Positions 7,313-17,106 of a stretch of DNA of 64,000 nt are shown here, one piece after another. The DNA lies in the IMG/VR virus record IMGVR_UViG_3300049828_000292, positions 5,349 to 69,348 of that record. One strand, written 5' to 3'. Position 1 is the stretch's first letter. Each line of letters begins with the position of its first letter. Under the pieces are notes generated by a model. The model was not told the DNA's origin. It made no database searches and saw only the letters and a list, made by a program, of their open reading frames with translations. Source of the DNA: a virus. Lineage: Duplodnaviria > Caudoviricetes. The position numbers were made by a program, and so were the translations under genes.

Positions 7313-9511
7313 ATGGACGATCGCCTGAAGCCCTGGCTCGAGCTAGCACGCGACGCCTACTCCACGAGCACGACCTACTTCGACTCGAACATCCGCAGCC
7401 AGGTCGAGAAGGATCTGCGCGCGTTCCAGTCGCTGCATGCGCCGGGCTCGAAGTACCTGAGCGATGCGTACAAGGCGCGCAGCCGGATCTTCCGGCCGAA
7501 GACACGCACGGCCATCCGCAAGAATGAGGCGATCGCGGCCGAGGCCTTCTTCTCGACGAAGGACGTGGTGAGCTGCACGCCAGGCGACGAGAGCAACCCG
7601 CTGCAGCGCGCGAGTGCCCAGGTCATGCAGGCGCTGCTGCAGCATCGCTTGAGCAAGAGCATCCCCTGGTTCCACACCTGCATCGGCGCCTACCAGGACG
7701 CGATGACAGTCGGCATGGTGGCGAGCTACCAGAGCTGGAAGTACAACGAGAAGCGCGGCATCGATCAGCCTTCGATCGAGCTGATCCCGATCGAGAACAT
7801 CCGCTTCGACCAGGCCGCGGACTGGACTGATGTGGTCGACAGCTCGCCGTACCTGATCCGGCTGATGCCGATGTACGTTCGCGACGTCACGTCGCGCATG
7901 CGCACGATCGACCCGAAGACGAACCAGCCGAAGTGGTTCAAGCTCGAAGAGAACCAGATCACGAAGGCGGTGCAGGGCTACACCGACTCGATCCGCTCGG
8001 TGCGCGAGGGCAACCGGCAGGACTCGAGGGAGCCGGGGGCCGCCGCGGTCACCGCGTTCAGCGTGGTGTGGGTGCACCAGAACTTCATCCGAGTCGGCGA
8101 TGACGACTGGGTGTACTACACGCTCGGCACGCAGGACATGCTGAGCGTCCCGCAGCCGATCGAAACGATGTACTGGCATGGCCGCCGGCCGTTCGTCATC
8201 GGCAGTGCTGTGCTCGAGACTCACAAGAACTACCCGGCCTCGATCCCCCAGCTCGGCCACCAGCTGCAGACCGAGATCAACGAGATCGCGAACCAGCGCA
8301 TAGACAACGTCAAGTTCGTGCTGAACAAGCGCTACTTCGTTGCGCGCAACCGCCAGGTTGACGTGCGCTCGCTGACCAGGAACGTGCCTGGCAGTGCCAC
8401 CTTCATGCAGGACGTCGAGAAGGACGTGAAGGTGGTCGACACGCCCGACGTCAGCCGCTCGGCCTATGAGGAGCAGGACCGACTGAACGTCGACTACGAC
8501 GATGTCGTAGGGGGCTTCTCGCAGAGCAGCGTGCAGAGCAACCGCAACCTGAACGAGACCGTCGGTGGCCTCGAGCTGGTGCACTCCGATGCGTCCCAGG
8601 TGGGCGCGTACCAGCTGCGCACCTTCGTCGAGAGCTGGGTCGAGCCGGTGCTGGAGCAGCTGGTGCTGCTCGAGCAGGAGTACGAGACCGACCTCACGAT
8701 CATGAGCCTGGCCGGCACCGAGGCCGAGATCCAGAAGCTGGGCTTCGACGAGGTGACCGACGAGATGCTGACGCAGCAGCTCACGGTCGACGTCAACGTG
8801 GGCATCGGCGCGACGAGCCCGGCGAAGAAGGTCTCGCAGTTCCTGTTCGCGATGCGCTCGCTCAAAGAGATGCTGATGGACGGGGTGCTCGACACCTACG
8901 GCCTCGACGTGGCCGAGGTGGTCAAGGAAATCTTCGGCAACCTGGGCTACCGCGACGGCACGCGCTTCTTCCAGTGGGACGAAGAGGATCCGACGGTCGC
9001 CGTGCTGAAGAAGAAGCTCGACGAGCTGCAGAAGGCGGCTGACGCGAAGATGCCGCCGGCGCTGCTGCAGAAGACGCTCGACAAGATGGATGCCGAGATC
9101 CGCTTCCTGGAAGCCAGGAAGGTGGGCCAGGGTGTGGACAGCGCCTACAGCGCGATGCAGGGTGCCGAGGTCATTGCCGCCATCCCGGCGGTCGCTCCGG
9201 TGGCCGACGAGATCATGCGCGGCGCGGGCTACATCAACCCGACGCCGCCCGGGATCGACCCGAACTTCCCGATCCTGCCCGAGGCCGAGGCCGCGATCGC
9301 GCACGGCAAGGTGGGCTTGCCTGGCACGGGGCTGAGCTTCCAGGCCCCTGGCGGGCCCGAGGAGGAGGCTGTGGGCGCGCAAGGCGGGGCGATGGGGCAT
9401 TCCCCGAACCCGATGAACCCGATGCCGCCACCGGGCCCTGAGAGCCCTGGTGCGGGCCGCCTGGCCGGGATCCAGACCCAGCGGCCAGATGAGGACGAGG
9501 TGGAAGATTGA
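7313..9511 (+). CDS. portal protein (P22-like)
   Basis: Position and size; QLQTEINEIANQRIDNVK and DVNVGIG patterns; coiled-coil plus Pro-rich tail; start re-called at ATG 7313. Confidence 0.85.
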   Translation: MDDRLKPWLELARDAYSTSTTYFDSNIRSQVEKDLRAFQSLHAPGSKYLSDAYKARSRIFRPKTRTAIRKNEAIAAEAFFSTKDVVSCTPGDESNPLQRASAQVMQALLQHRLSKSIPWFHTCIGAYQDAMTVGMVASYQSWKYNEKRGIDQPSIELIPIENIRFDQAADWTDVVDSSPYLIRLMPMYVRDVTSRMRTIDPKTNQPKWFKLEENQITKAVQGYTDSIRSVREGNRQDSREPGAAAVTAFSVVWVHQNFIRVGDDDWVYYTLGTQDMLSVPQPIETMYWHGRRPFVIGSAVLETHKNYPASIPQLGHQLQTEINEIANQRIDNVKFVLNKRYFVARNRQVDVRSLTRNVPGSATFMQDVEKDVKVVDTPDVSRSAYEEQDRLNVDYDDVVGGFSQSSVQSNRNLNETVGGLELVHSDASQVGAYQLRTFVESWVEPVLEQLVLLEQEYETDLTIMSLAGTEAEIQKLGFDEVTDEMLTQQLTVDVNVGIGATSPAKKVSQFLFAMRSLKEMLMDGVLDTYGLDVAEVVKEIFGNLGYRDGTRFFQWDEEDPTVAVLKKKLDELQKAADAKMPPALLQKTLDKMDAEIRFLEARKVGQGVDSAYSAMQGAEVIAAIPAVAPVADEIMRGAGYINPTPPGIDPNFPILPEAEAAIAHGKVGLPGTGLSFQAPGGPEEEAVGAQGGAMGHSPNPMNPMPPPGPESPGAGRLAGIQTQRPDEDEVED

Positions 9512-9798
9512 GCGACGCCGTCCCGAACCGGGAGCTCGAGGCAGTGATCACGCTCGGCATGGATGCCGAGGCGTTCATGCGCAGCAACGTGGGGCGCTAC
9601 CTGGCGCAGCGCGCGGCTGAGGAGATCGAAGTAGCACGGACGTCCCTGGAGACAGTGGACCCCGAAGACGCGAAGGCAGTTCGCGATCTGCAGTTCGTGA
9701 TTGCCGTGGCGCGAGCCACCACGAGCTGGATGAAGGAAGCCATCGACGACGGCCGCAATGCAGCCGAACAGCTCGAGGCACGCACAAGAGAGGACTGA
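9508..9798 (+). CDS. conserved small protein between portal and scaffold
   Basis: ORF track; synteny typical of P22-like head modules. Confidence 0.75.
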   Translation: MSDAVPNRELEAVITLGMDAEAFMRSNVGRYLAQRAAEEIEVARTSLETVDPEDAKAVRDLQFVIAVARATTSWMKEAIDDGRNAAEQLEARTRED

Positions 9799-9802
9799 GA
9801 CA

Positions 9803-11014
9803 GTGGGCAAGAACACGCAGGGCGCTACCCCCGCAGGGGATGCGAGCAGTAACCCAGCCGCGACGATCGAAGAAGCGACGGCCCAGGTGGTCGCGCAGAA
9901 CGAGAACTTGCCTGCTGGTGATGAGCCGGCACCGAGGCCTCTGCCACCGAAGAAGGTGAAGGGGATGGAGACCGACCAGCAGATCCGCCAGGCGCTGCGC
10001 AATCCACGCATGGAAGCGATGGAGCGCATTGCCGCTGGCCGGGTCGAGGCGATCGAAGCCCAGGAGGGGGTGACCCTCGATCGTGGCGAGCCGACGCCGT
10101 TTGATTCCGCAGGCGATCCCGACGTGGATCCCGCGGACGCTGAGGCCGAAAAGGCCCGCAAGGAACTGGGGAAGGGTGGCGCACCTAACGACGAGCCGGC
10201 ACCGCCAGAGCCGTCGCAGACGCAGAGGCAGCTCGAGGGTGACGTCATCGACGACCCCAGCCGCTTCAAGGTCCGCCTGAAGGTGGACGGGCAGGAGATG
10301 CTGGTGCCGCTCAGCGACATCGTGCGTCCCGCCCAGAAGGAAGCGGCGGCTAACAAGCGCCTCGAGGAAGCCACGCGGATGCTGGCCGAGGCGAAGGCTG
10401 CCACGGCGGCGCCGCCGGCGGCTCCTGCGCCGGCACCGGCGCCAGTCGGGCCTCGACTGGAAACGAAGAAGGCCGAAGAGTTTGCTGACGCCGTGTACAG
10501 CGGCGATCAGGGGCGACTCGTGAAGAGCCTCATGGAAGTGGCAGAGGCGCTTGCGCCGCCGCAAGGCACGCAGGCCACCTCGGTCATTCCCGAGGAGGTT
10601 ATTCAACGAGTCGTCGAGCAGCAGCTGCGCAAGACTGAAGTCAGCAGTGCATTGAGCAGGTTCAGGAGCGAGAACCCCGAGATCGTGAAAGACCCACATC
10701 TCGCGTTGATCGCGGACCAGTTCCTCGCTTCCGAGACCCAGGGCGTGCCGCTTGAGGCGCTACCCATAGACACTGTCAAGGAAGCGCTGAACAACGCCGC
10801 GAAGAACACGCGTGACTGGGCAACGGCGTTAGGGATGCAGCTCGGGCCGAAACCTGCGGCAACCACTCCTCGACAAGATCGTGCAGCAAGGAAGCAAGAG
10901 ATCGATGAACTGCCGTCGATCAGCGCAGCCTCTAGCAACGCAGCAGATCGTCCACAGACACCGCAAGAGGTGATGAACGAGATGCGTGCAGCTCGGGGTC
11001 TTCCACCGATCTGA
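9803..11014 (+). CDS. capsid scaffolding protein
   Basis: Acidic, Pro/Ala-rich; VRLKVDGQE..VPL motif; C-terminal EMRAARG; directly upstream of MCP; GTG start at 9803. Confidence 0.8.
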   Translation: MGKNTQGATPAGDASSNPAATIEEATAQVVAQNENLPAGDEPAPRPLPPKKVKGMETDQQIRQALRNPRMEAMERIAAGRVEAIEAQEGVTLDRGEPTPFDSAGDPDVDPADAEAEKARKELGKGGAPNDEPAPPEPSQTQRQLEGDVIDDPSRFKVRLKVDGQEMLVPLSDIVRPAQKEAAANKRLEEATRMLAEAKAATAAPPAAPAPAPAPVGPRLETKKAEEFADAVYSGDQGRLVKSLMEVAEALAPPQGTQATSVIPEEVIQRVVEQQLRKTEVSSALSRFRSENPEIVKDPHLALIADQFLASETQGVPLEALPIDTVKEALNNAAKNTRDWATALGMQLGPKPAATTPRQDRAARKQEIDELPSISAASSNAADRPQTPQEVMNEMRAARGLPPI

Positions 11015-11035
11015 TAGATAGAAGGAGAACCGGCT

Positions 11036-11980
11036 ATGGCTGGTCAAATCTGGGTAACGGCCTCTCTGGGCGGGTACATGTTTTCCGAGACCCTCTCGAA
11101 AGTGCTGCGTATGTCGGTGCAGCCGCTGGTGAAGTTCCGCCAGTTCGCTGACATCAAGGATGCCGCCGTGCAAGGCAAGAACCGTGGCGACGCGTTCCAC
11201 TGGAACGTGTACAGCGACGTGGCGAACCAGGGCACGACGGTGCTGGAAACGAACACCCTGCCCGTGACGAACTTCACGATCTCGCAGGGCACGATGACGA
11301 TCACCGAGTACGGCAACTCTGTGCCGTACACGGGCAAGCTCGACGATCTGTCGGTGCACCCGGTCAAGGAAGTCATCAAGAAGGTGCTGACGAACGACGC
11401 GAAGAAGGCGTTCGACATCGCGGCGCAGGCGCAATTCAACGCGACCCCGCTGCGTGTGGTGCCGGCCACGAACACCACGTCCGATGCGGTGACGCTGACG
11501 ACGAACGGCACGGCCACCCTGACGAACTCCATTGCCCTGGGCAAGGATCACGTCAAGGCCATCGTCGACCTGATGAAGGAGCGGAACATCCCGCCGTACC
11601 AGGGGGATGACTACTTCGCGATCGCGCACCCGACGACCTTCCGGAAGCTGAAGAACGACCTGGAGAGCATTCACCAGTACGTTCAGGCCGGCTTCCAGAT
11701 GATCATGAACGGTGAGATCGGGCGCTACGAAGGGGTCCGCTTCATCGAGCAGACGAACATCGCGAAGGGCACGTTCGCTGCCGCGAAGTCGAACTGGGCG
11801 TACTTCTTCGGCGACGACACCGTCGCGGAAGGCATCGTGATCCCGGAAGAGATGCGCGGTGCAATCCCGTCCGACTACGGTCGCACGCGCGGGATCGCCT
11901 GGTACTACATGGGCGGCTTCGGCATTGTTCACACCGCGGCCGCGCAGGCCCGGATCGTGAAGTGGGACTCGGCGGGCTAA
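11036..11980 (+). CDS. major capsid protein (N4-gp56-like)
   Basis: KFRQFA...GD...W, T.TITEYGN, YFAIAHP, GEIGRYEGVRFIEQT, RGIAWY..GGFG motifs; strong GAAGGAG RBS. Confidence 0.88.
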   Translation: MAGQIWVTASLGGYMFSETLSKVLRMSVQPLVKFRQFADIKDAAVQGKNRGDAFHWNVYSDVANQGTTVLETNTLPVTNFTISQGTMTITEYGNSVPYTGKLDDLSVHPVKEVIKKVLTNDAKKAFDIAAQAQFNATPLRVVPATNTTSDAVTLTTNGTATLTNSIALGKDHVKAIVDLMKERNIPPYQGDDYFAIAHPTTFRKLKNDLESIHQYVQAGFQMIMNGEIGRYEGVRFIEQTNIAKGTFAAAKSNWAYFFGDDTVAEGIVIPEEMRGAIPSDYGRTRGIAWYYMGGFGIVHTAAAQARIVKWDSAG

Positions 11981-12035
11981 TCCCCTGCAGAGTAGGGCCG
12001 GTCTGTCTCCCCGGCCCGCTTTCTTCGCTGCTTTG

Positions 12036-12069
12036 CCCCGGGGGGGAGTGCACCTCCCCGGGGGTTTTT
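12036..12069 (+). terminator. rho-independent terminator after MCP
   Basis: CCCCGGGG...CCCCGGGG stem followed by TTTTT; second hairpin GGGCCGG/CCGGCCC just upstream. Confidence 0.75.
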
Positions 12070-12080
12070 CAGGAGGACGA

Positions 12081-12890
12081 GTGAGGAAGATCGTTGAAAC
12101 GAAGTACGGCCCGATGCTGATCAACGACAAGGATCGCTATGTCGGCCGATCGCTCGAGGCGTACGGCGAGTTCTCGCGTGGCGAGGTGAACTTCTTCGCA
12201 CACGTCATCAAGCCGGGCATGGTCGTCTGCGATGTCGGGGCGAACATCGGTGCCCACACCATTCACTTCGGGCGGCTCGTCGGGCCGACCGGACGCGTTG
12301 CAGCCTTCGAGCCGCAGCGCTTGCTGTTCCAGATGCTGTGCGCGAACGTCGCGCTGGCGAACCTCAACAACGTCTTCTGCTACCAGCTGGCCGTAGGCAA
12401 GCAGCAGGAGAACATCAAGATCGGCGAGGCGGATCCGGAAGCCGAGATGAACTTCGGCGGCATCGACTTGCGCTCGCTGCAGTCGGTGGGCGGCGAGGAG
12501 CCGCTCGAGATCGTGCCTCTGCAGTTCCCCTGCCACGTCATGAAGGTCGACGTCGAGGGCATGGAGTGCGAGGTGCTCGAGGGCGCGGCCGACATGATCC
12601 GGCTGTACCGCCCGCTGCTGTTCGTGGAGAACGATCGAGTCGATCGATCGGAGGAGCTGATCCGCCTGGTGCGGCGCCTCGGCTACACGCCGCGCTGGTT
12701 CCTCACGCCGTTGTACTTCGAGGACAGCTGGAGCGGGAAGAAGGAAAACATCTGGGGTCAGCAGGCCGTCAGCGCGAACATGGTGTGCTGCCCAGACTCT
12801 GACATGTTCGTCAACCTCGATGAGGCCACCCAGGCGAATTACATCGAGTACCAGAAGGAGAAGTTCGATGGAACGCAGCCCCCTGCTTGA
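12081..12890 (+). CDS. FkbM-family SAM-dependent methyltransferase
   Basis: DVGANIGAHT, AFEPQ, MKVDVEGMECEVLEGA, LFVEN motifs; AGGAGG RBS with GTG at 12081. Confidence 0.9.
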   Translation: MRKIVETKYGPMLINDKDRYVGRSLEAYGEFSRGEVNFFAHVIKPGMVVCDVGANIGAHTIHFGRLVGPTGRVAAFEPQRLLFQMLCANVALANLNNVFCYQLAVGKQQENIKIGEADPEAEMNFGGIDLRSLQSVGGEEPLEIVPLQFPCHVMKVDVEGMECEVLEGAADMIRLYRPLLFVENDRVDRSEELIRLVRRLGYTPRWFLTPLYFEDSWSGKKENIWGQQAVSANMVCCPDSDMFVNLDEATQANYIEYQKEKFDGTQPPA

Positions 12891-13107
12891 CCCGGTTCTG
12901 CTGAAAGACAGCGCGGCCGGCACATCGATGAACGGCGACGGCAAGCTGGTCGGCGCCGCCGAGGGCGACCTGGTGACAGGCATCGTCAGCACTGAGCACA
13001 GCGTGAGCCCGGCCGAGATGGACATGCCCACGCAGGACATGAGCAGCACAATCCCGGAGCCCGCCTTCGGCGGCTTCCTCGGCCGTTCGCACGGCTGGGA
13101 TCGGTAA
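12868..13107 (+). CDS. small acidic low-complexity protein
   Basis: GGAG RBS with ATG 12868; typical codon usage. Confidence 0.65.
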   Translation: MERSPLLDPVLLKDSAAGTSMNGDGKLVGAAEGDLVTGIVSTEHSVSPAEMDMPTQDMSSTIPEPAFGGFLGRSHGWDR

Positions 13108-13133
13108 CACCCCACCCCTGAACGGAGAACGAC

Positions 13134-13451
13134 ATGAGCGAAACGAACAACCGCAACAAGCAGGGCCCTGGCCTGCAGGACGTGCGCGAAGGTGGCGGCG
13201 GCCTGCCGGATGCCGGCACGAAGACGGGCTCGCTGCAGGGCTATCCCGGCCTCGGCAGCGGCATCGACGACATCGGCCGCATCGGTAGCGTCAACGGCAA
13301 CTCCGACGCGCCAGGCTCGAGCAACGACCTGCCGAACATGACCGACGACTTCAGCGGCTCCACGAGCGGCAACGACGTCGGCTCGATGGGCGGCCTGGGC
13401 AGCACCGGCTCAGATCCGATGGATCAGACGCTGCCGAGCAAAGCGAGGTAA
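13134..13451 (+). CDS. Gly/Ser/Asp/Asn-rich low-complexity protein
   Basis: GGAG RBS; ORF track. Confidence 0.7.
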   Translation: MSETNNRNKQGPGLQDVREGGGGLPDAGTKTGSLQGYPGLGSGIDDIGRIGSVNGNSDAPGSSNDLPNMTDDFSGSTSGNDVGSMGGLGSTGSDPMDQTLPSKAR

Positions 13452-13453
13452 GC

Positions 13454-15070
13454 GTGGTCTGGCGAGCTGACAATCCGCAGGGCAACGAGGGTCGCAAGAT
13501 CAAGTACCTGATCGTGCCGTACACGCGGGGCAAGGGGCTGGACGTGGGGGCGGGAGGCTACTCGAAGCTCTACCCCCACTTCATCACGGTCGACAACAAC
13601 TCGCACAACGATCTGTTCGCACCTGGCACCACAGCCACGGTCGACATTCGTTGCGACGCGCTCGACCTGCCCTTCAAGGATGAGTCGCAGGACTTCGTCT
13701 TCAGCTCGCACTGCCTCGAGCACATCGAGGATCACCGGGGTGCGCTGCGCGAGTGGTGGCGCGTCATCAAGCCGGGCGGCCACCTCGTGCTGTACCTGCC
13801 GCACAAGCTCTTCTACCCGAACATCGGCGAGAAGGATGCGAACCCGGATCACAAGCATGACTTCCTGCCGCGCGACATCGAAGACGTGATGATCGAGATC
13901 GGGCACTCCGGCTGGGATCTGCTCGAGAACGAGGATCGCAACGGCGGCGAGGAGTGCAGCTTCTACCAGGTGTACCGGAAGCGGGACGACAAGACGTTCA
14001 CGCACCCGTGGATGAGCGAGAAGCCGAAGAAGAGCGTGATCATCTGCCGCTTCGGCGGCTTCGGCGACATGCTGCAGACGGCCGCGGTGTTCCCTGAGCT
14101 CAAGCGCCAGGGCTACCACATCACCATGATGTGCACGCCGAAGGGCCAGGACATCATCCGCAATGATCCGCACGTCGATGCGTGGCTGATCCAGGACGAC
14201 AACCAGGTGCCGAACGAAGAGCTCGGCCCGTACTGGCACGCCTGGCAGGAGCGCTGCACCAGGCTGATCAACTTCAGCGAGAGCGTGGAAGCCACGCTGC
14301 TGGCGGTGCCGGGTCGCACGAATCACTGGTGGCCTGACAGCGTGCGGCGCAAGTACCTGAACGTGAACTACGGCGAGTTCATGGCCGACCTGGCCGAGGT
14401 GCCGTTCTGCCCGGAGGGCAAGTTCTACCCGACCGGCACCGAGATGACCTGGGCGAACGACTACCTGCTCGAGATCCGCCGCGAGGCCGCGCAGCGCGCG
14501 AACCTCGGGCCGATCGCGCGCACGCCGGCGACGTTCAACGTGCTGTGGACGCTGGCGGGGTCGAGCGTGCACAAGTTCTACCCGGGCCAGGATCAGGTGA
14601 TCGCTCGCATGATGCTCGAGATGCCGGAGGCGCACGTCATCTTCGTGGGCGACGCAGCGTGCGCGCTGCTCGAGGCAGGCTGGGAGGCTGAGCCGCGTGT
14701 ACATCGTGAAAGTGGCCGCATGGAGATCCGCAACTCGCTCGCGCTCGCGCAGCGAGTGGATTGCGTGGTGGGTCCGGAGACCGGGGTGCTCAACGCCGTG
14801 GCCTACGAGAACATGCGCAAGGTGGTGCTGCTATCGCACAGCTCGCGCGAGAACCTCACGAAGCACTGGGTGAACACGGGCGCCCTGGTGCCGAACGTGC
14901 CGTGCTACCCGTGCCACCGCATGCACTACACGCGGCAGTGGTGCCCCGAGGATTACGCCACCGGCGCCTCGGTGTGTGCAGTGTCGATCAAACCGGACGA
15001 CGTGTTCGGCTCGATCAAGATCGCCTACGACGCCTGGCGCGAGCGACCGCGCCTCAAGGAAGCAGCATGA
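13454..15070 (+). CDS. class I methyltransferase fused to a GT9 (heptosyltransferase-like) glycosyltransferase
   Basis: N-terminal LDVGAG...DFVFSSHCLEH...IKPGG; C-terminal RFGGFGDMLQ, VVGPETGVLNA, CYPC-x9-C-x10-C. Confidence 0.85.
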   Translation: MVWRADNPQGNEGRKIKYLIVPYTRGKGLDVGAGGYSKLYPHFITVDNNSHNDLFAPGTTATVDIRCDALDLPFKDESQDFVFSSHCLEHIEDHRGALREWWRVIKPGGHLVLYLPHKLFYPNIGEKDANPDHKHDFLPRDIEDVMIEIGHSGWDLLENEDRNGGEECSFYQVYRKRDDKTFTHPWMSEKPKKSVIICRFGGFGDMLQTAAVFPELKRQGYHITMMCTPKGQDIIRNDPHVDAWLIQDDNQVPNEELGPYWHAWQERCTRLINFSESVEATLLAVPGRTNHWWPDSVRRKYLNVNYGEFMADLAEVPFCPEGKFYPTGTEMTWANDYLLEIRREAAQRANLGPIARTPATFNVLWTLAGSSVHKFYPGQDQVIARMMLEMPEAHVIFVGDAACALLEAGWEAEPRVHRESGRMEIRNSLALAQRVDCVVGPETGVLNAVAYENMRKVVLLSHSSRENLTKHWVNTGALVPNVPCYPCHRMHYTRQWCPEDYATGASVCAVSIKPDDVFGSIKIAYDAWRERPRLKEAA

Positions 15071-15175
15071 TCTTCGTGCTCCGACTCCGCTCTCGCCCAG
15101 GCTGCGCCTGCGAGGGCGGGGGATTCTTCGTGGTCGCGCTTCTCGGCGATCGGCTGTACCTGGTGGGGATGGCCC

Positions 15176-15877
15176 ATGAATCTACGCAAGCTCATTGAGC
15201 TGTTCCGGATCGAGACCGACGATCTCGTCGCTCCGTTCGCCTGGCAAGACCCCGAGCTGGCCGAGTACGCCACCGATGCGCAGAACGAAGCGTGCCGGCG
15301 CGCGCGCTTGCTGGTCGACAGCTCGTCGGCCGACATCTGCCAGTACGAAGTGCTGGCCGGCGATCCCTGGATCACGCTCGACCCGCGGGTCATCTTCGTG
15401 CGGCGCGCGAAGGTCGGGCAGCGCACGAGCCGCCTGACGCGCTTCAGCTACCGCGACCTCGATCCGGTGCCTGGCTGGGAGGCGCATCTGGCGATCCCGC
15501 ACGGCTTCATCACCGACATGGAGACCGGCAAGCTCCGGCTCTACCCGTACTACGAGCCCGACAATCCCCTGCCGGTGCCGCCGGCGACGGCGACCCAGGT
15601 CGACACGCTGAGCCTGACGGTGGTGCGGCTGCCGCTCACCGACCTCACGCATCCGGACGACACGGTCGAGATCCACGATCGCTACGCGCGCAACCTGCGG
15701 CACTGGATGGCGTACCGGGCCTACATGAAACGCGACAGCGAGGTCTTCAACCCGGTGAAGGCGGCCGAGGCGCTGAAGCTGTTCGAGGCCGAGTTCGGCC
15801 CGCCGTCCTCCGCGGTGGAGGAGGAGTGGATCGAGCGCACGCGTGACAACGCCGAAGACCTGGACGGGACGTTCTGA
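15176..15877 (+). CDS. head-tail adaptor protein
   Basis: N-terminal L..L...R...DD...W.D.EL..Y...AQ.EAC and C-terminal L.HWMAYRAY.K.DSE pattern. Confidence 0.7.
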   Translation: MNLRKLIELFRIETDDLVAPFAWQDPELAEYATDAQNEACRRARLLVDSSSADICQYEVLAGDPWITLDPRVIFVRRAKVGQRTSRLTRFSYRDLDPVPGWEAHLAIPHGFITDMETGKLRLYPYYEPDNPLPVPPATATQVDTLSLTVVRLPLTDLTHPDDTVEIHDRYARNLRHWMAYRAYMKRDSEVFNPVKAAEALKLFEAEFGPPSSAVEEEWIERTRDNAEDLDGTF

Positions 15878-17067
15878 TGAAGCCCGTGCTCCTCGACAAG
15901 TTCAAGGGTCTGCGCAACGACGTCGACCCGACCGCCTTCGAGCCGGGCGACATGACGGTCGCGTCGAACGTGGACATCGAGGAGACCGGCAAGCTGCAGC
16001 GCCGCGGCGGCTACGCCCAGGTGCGCGCCGGCAGCTCGCACTCGCTGTGGGCGAAGGGCGACCTGTGCCTGTTCGTGAGCGGCACCACGCTGTACCGGCT
16101 GAAGCCTGACTTCACCACCACCGTGCTCGCCAGCGGGCTGGCGGCGGGCCTGCCTCTGTCCTACATGGCGCCGGGCAACGGCCTGGTGTACTGGGCGAAC
16201 GGCGTGGACAGCGGCGTCACTGACGGCGTGCTATCGCGTCCCTGGGGCATCCAGCCGCCCGAGTACCAGCCGATGGCGAGCAACATCGGCGGCGAGCTGT
16301 ACCCGGGCCTCTACCAGTACGCCATGACCTTCGTCGCTGACGACGGGCGCGAGTCTGGAACGGGCCAGGCCGGCGTCACCCAGATCACTGGCGGCGGCAT
16401 CGCGTTCTCGCAGATGGAGGTGTCGACCGACCCCACCGTCACGCACAAGCGCGTCTACCTCACGGCCGCGAACGGCGAGCAGCTCTACCTCGCCCTGGTG
16501 GTGCCGGCCGCGGCGACGAGCGCGTCCTACACCGCGAACACGCTGAGCCTGCAGACGCCGCTCGAAACGCAGCTGCTGCTGCCGCCAGTCGCCGGCCAGG
16601 TGGTGGCGAGCTTCATGGGCCGCGCGCTGGTCGCCTCGGAGAACGTGCTGTTCGTGTCGAACGGGCTGAGCTACGAGCTGTTCAACGTGCTGGAGCACTA
16701 CGCCTTCGACAGTCGCATCAACGTGGTGGCTCCGCTGCAGGACGGCTGCTTCATCGGCACAGAGACCGAGATCCTCTGGGCCGGCGGGCGCGACCCCGAC
16801 AAGTGGAGCTTCGTGCGCAAGGCGGTTGATCGGGCGGTGCCAGGGACGCTGGTGTTCGCGCCGGCCACCGAGGTGCTCGAGAGCGCCGAGGACGAGGCGA
16901 CGGTCGCGCTGTGGGTGAACGACAGCGGGATCTGCATCGGCCTCAACGGGGGCGGCCTGACGAACATCAGCGAAGGCAAACATTCGTTCGACTCCCCTCT
17001 GAGGGGAGCTGGACTTTTTAGAGCGCAGGGCTCGCTCAACAACTATGTCGGCGTGCTCTCGTACTAA
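15877..17067 (+). CDS. tail nozzle / head-closure (stabilisation) protein
   Basis: FKGLRN...ASNVDI..TGKLQRRGG N-terminus; follows the adaptor. Confidence 0.6.
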   Translation: MKPVLLDKFKGLRNDVDPTAFEPGDMTVASNVDIEETGKLQRRGGYAQVRAGSSHSLWAKGDLCLFVSGTTLYRLKPDFTTTVLASGLAAGLPLSYMAPGNGLVYWANGVDSGVTDGVLSRPWGIQPPEYQPMASNIGGELYPGLYQYAMTFVADDGRESGTGQAGVTQITGGGIAFSQMEVSTDPTVTHKRVYLTAANGEQLYLALVVPAAATSASYTANTLSLQTPLETQLLLPPVAGQVVASFMGRALVASENVLFVSNGLSYELFNVLEHYAFDSRINVVAPLQDGCFIGTETEILWAGGRDPDKWSFVRKAVDRAVPGTLVFAPATEVLESAEDEATVALWVNDSGICIGLNGGGLTNISEGKHSFDSPLRGAGLFRAQGSLNNYVGVLSY

Positions 17068-17106
17068 CCGGAGACACCCAGTCTCCTTCCATACTGGAGA
17101 AACACC

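Noticed and set aside
11194-11206. parS-like GTTCCACTGGAAC inside the major capsid gene
   Set aside because: One base short of parS spacing and explained by the codons for F-H-W-N.
15067-15198. Short ORF MIFVLRLRSRPGCACEGGGFF... between the GT gene and the adaptor
   Set aside because: Possible coupled 43-aa gene, but composition and RBS support are too weak to call.
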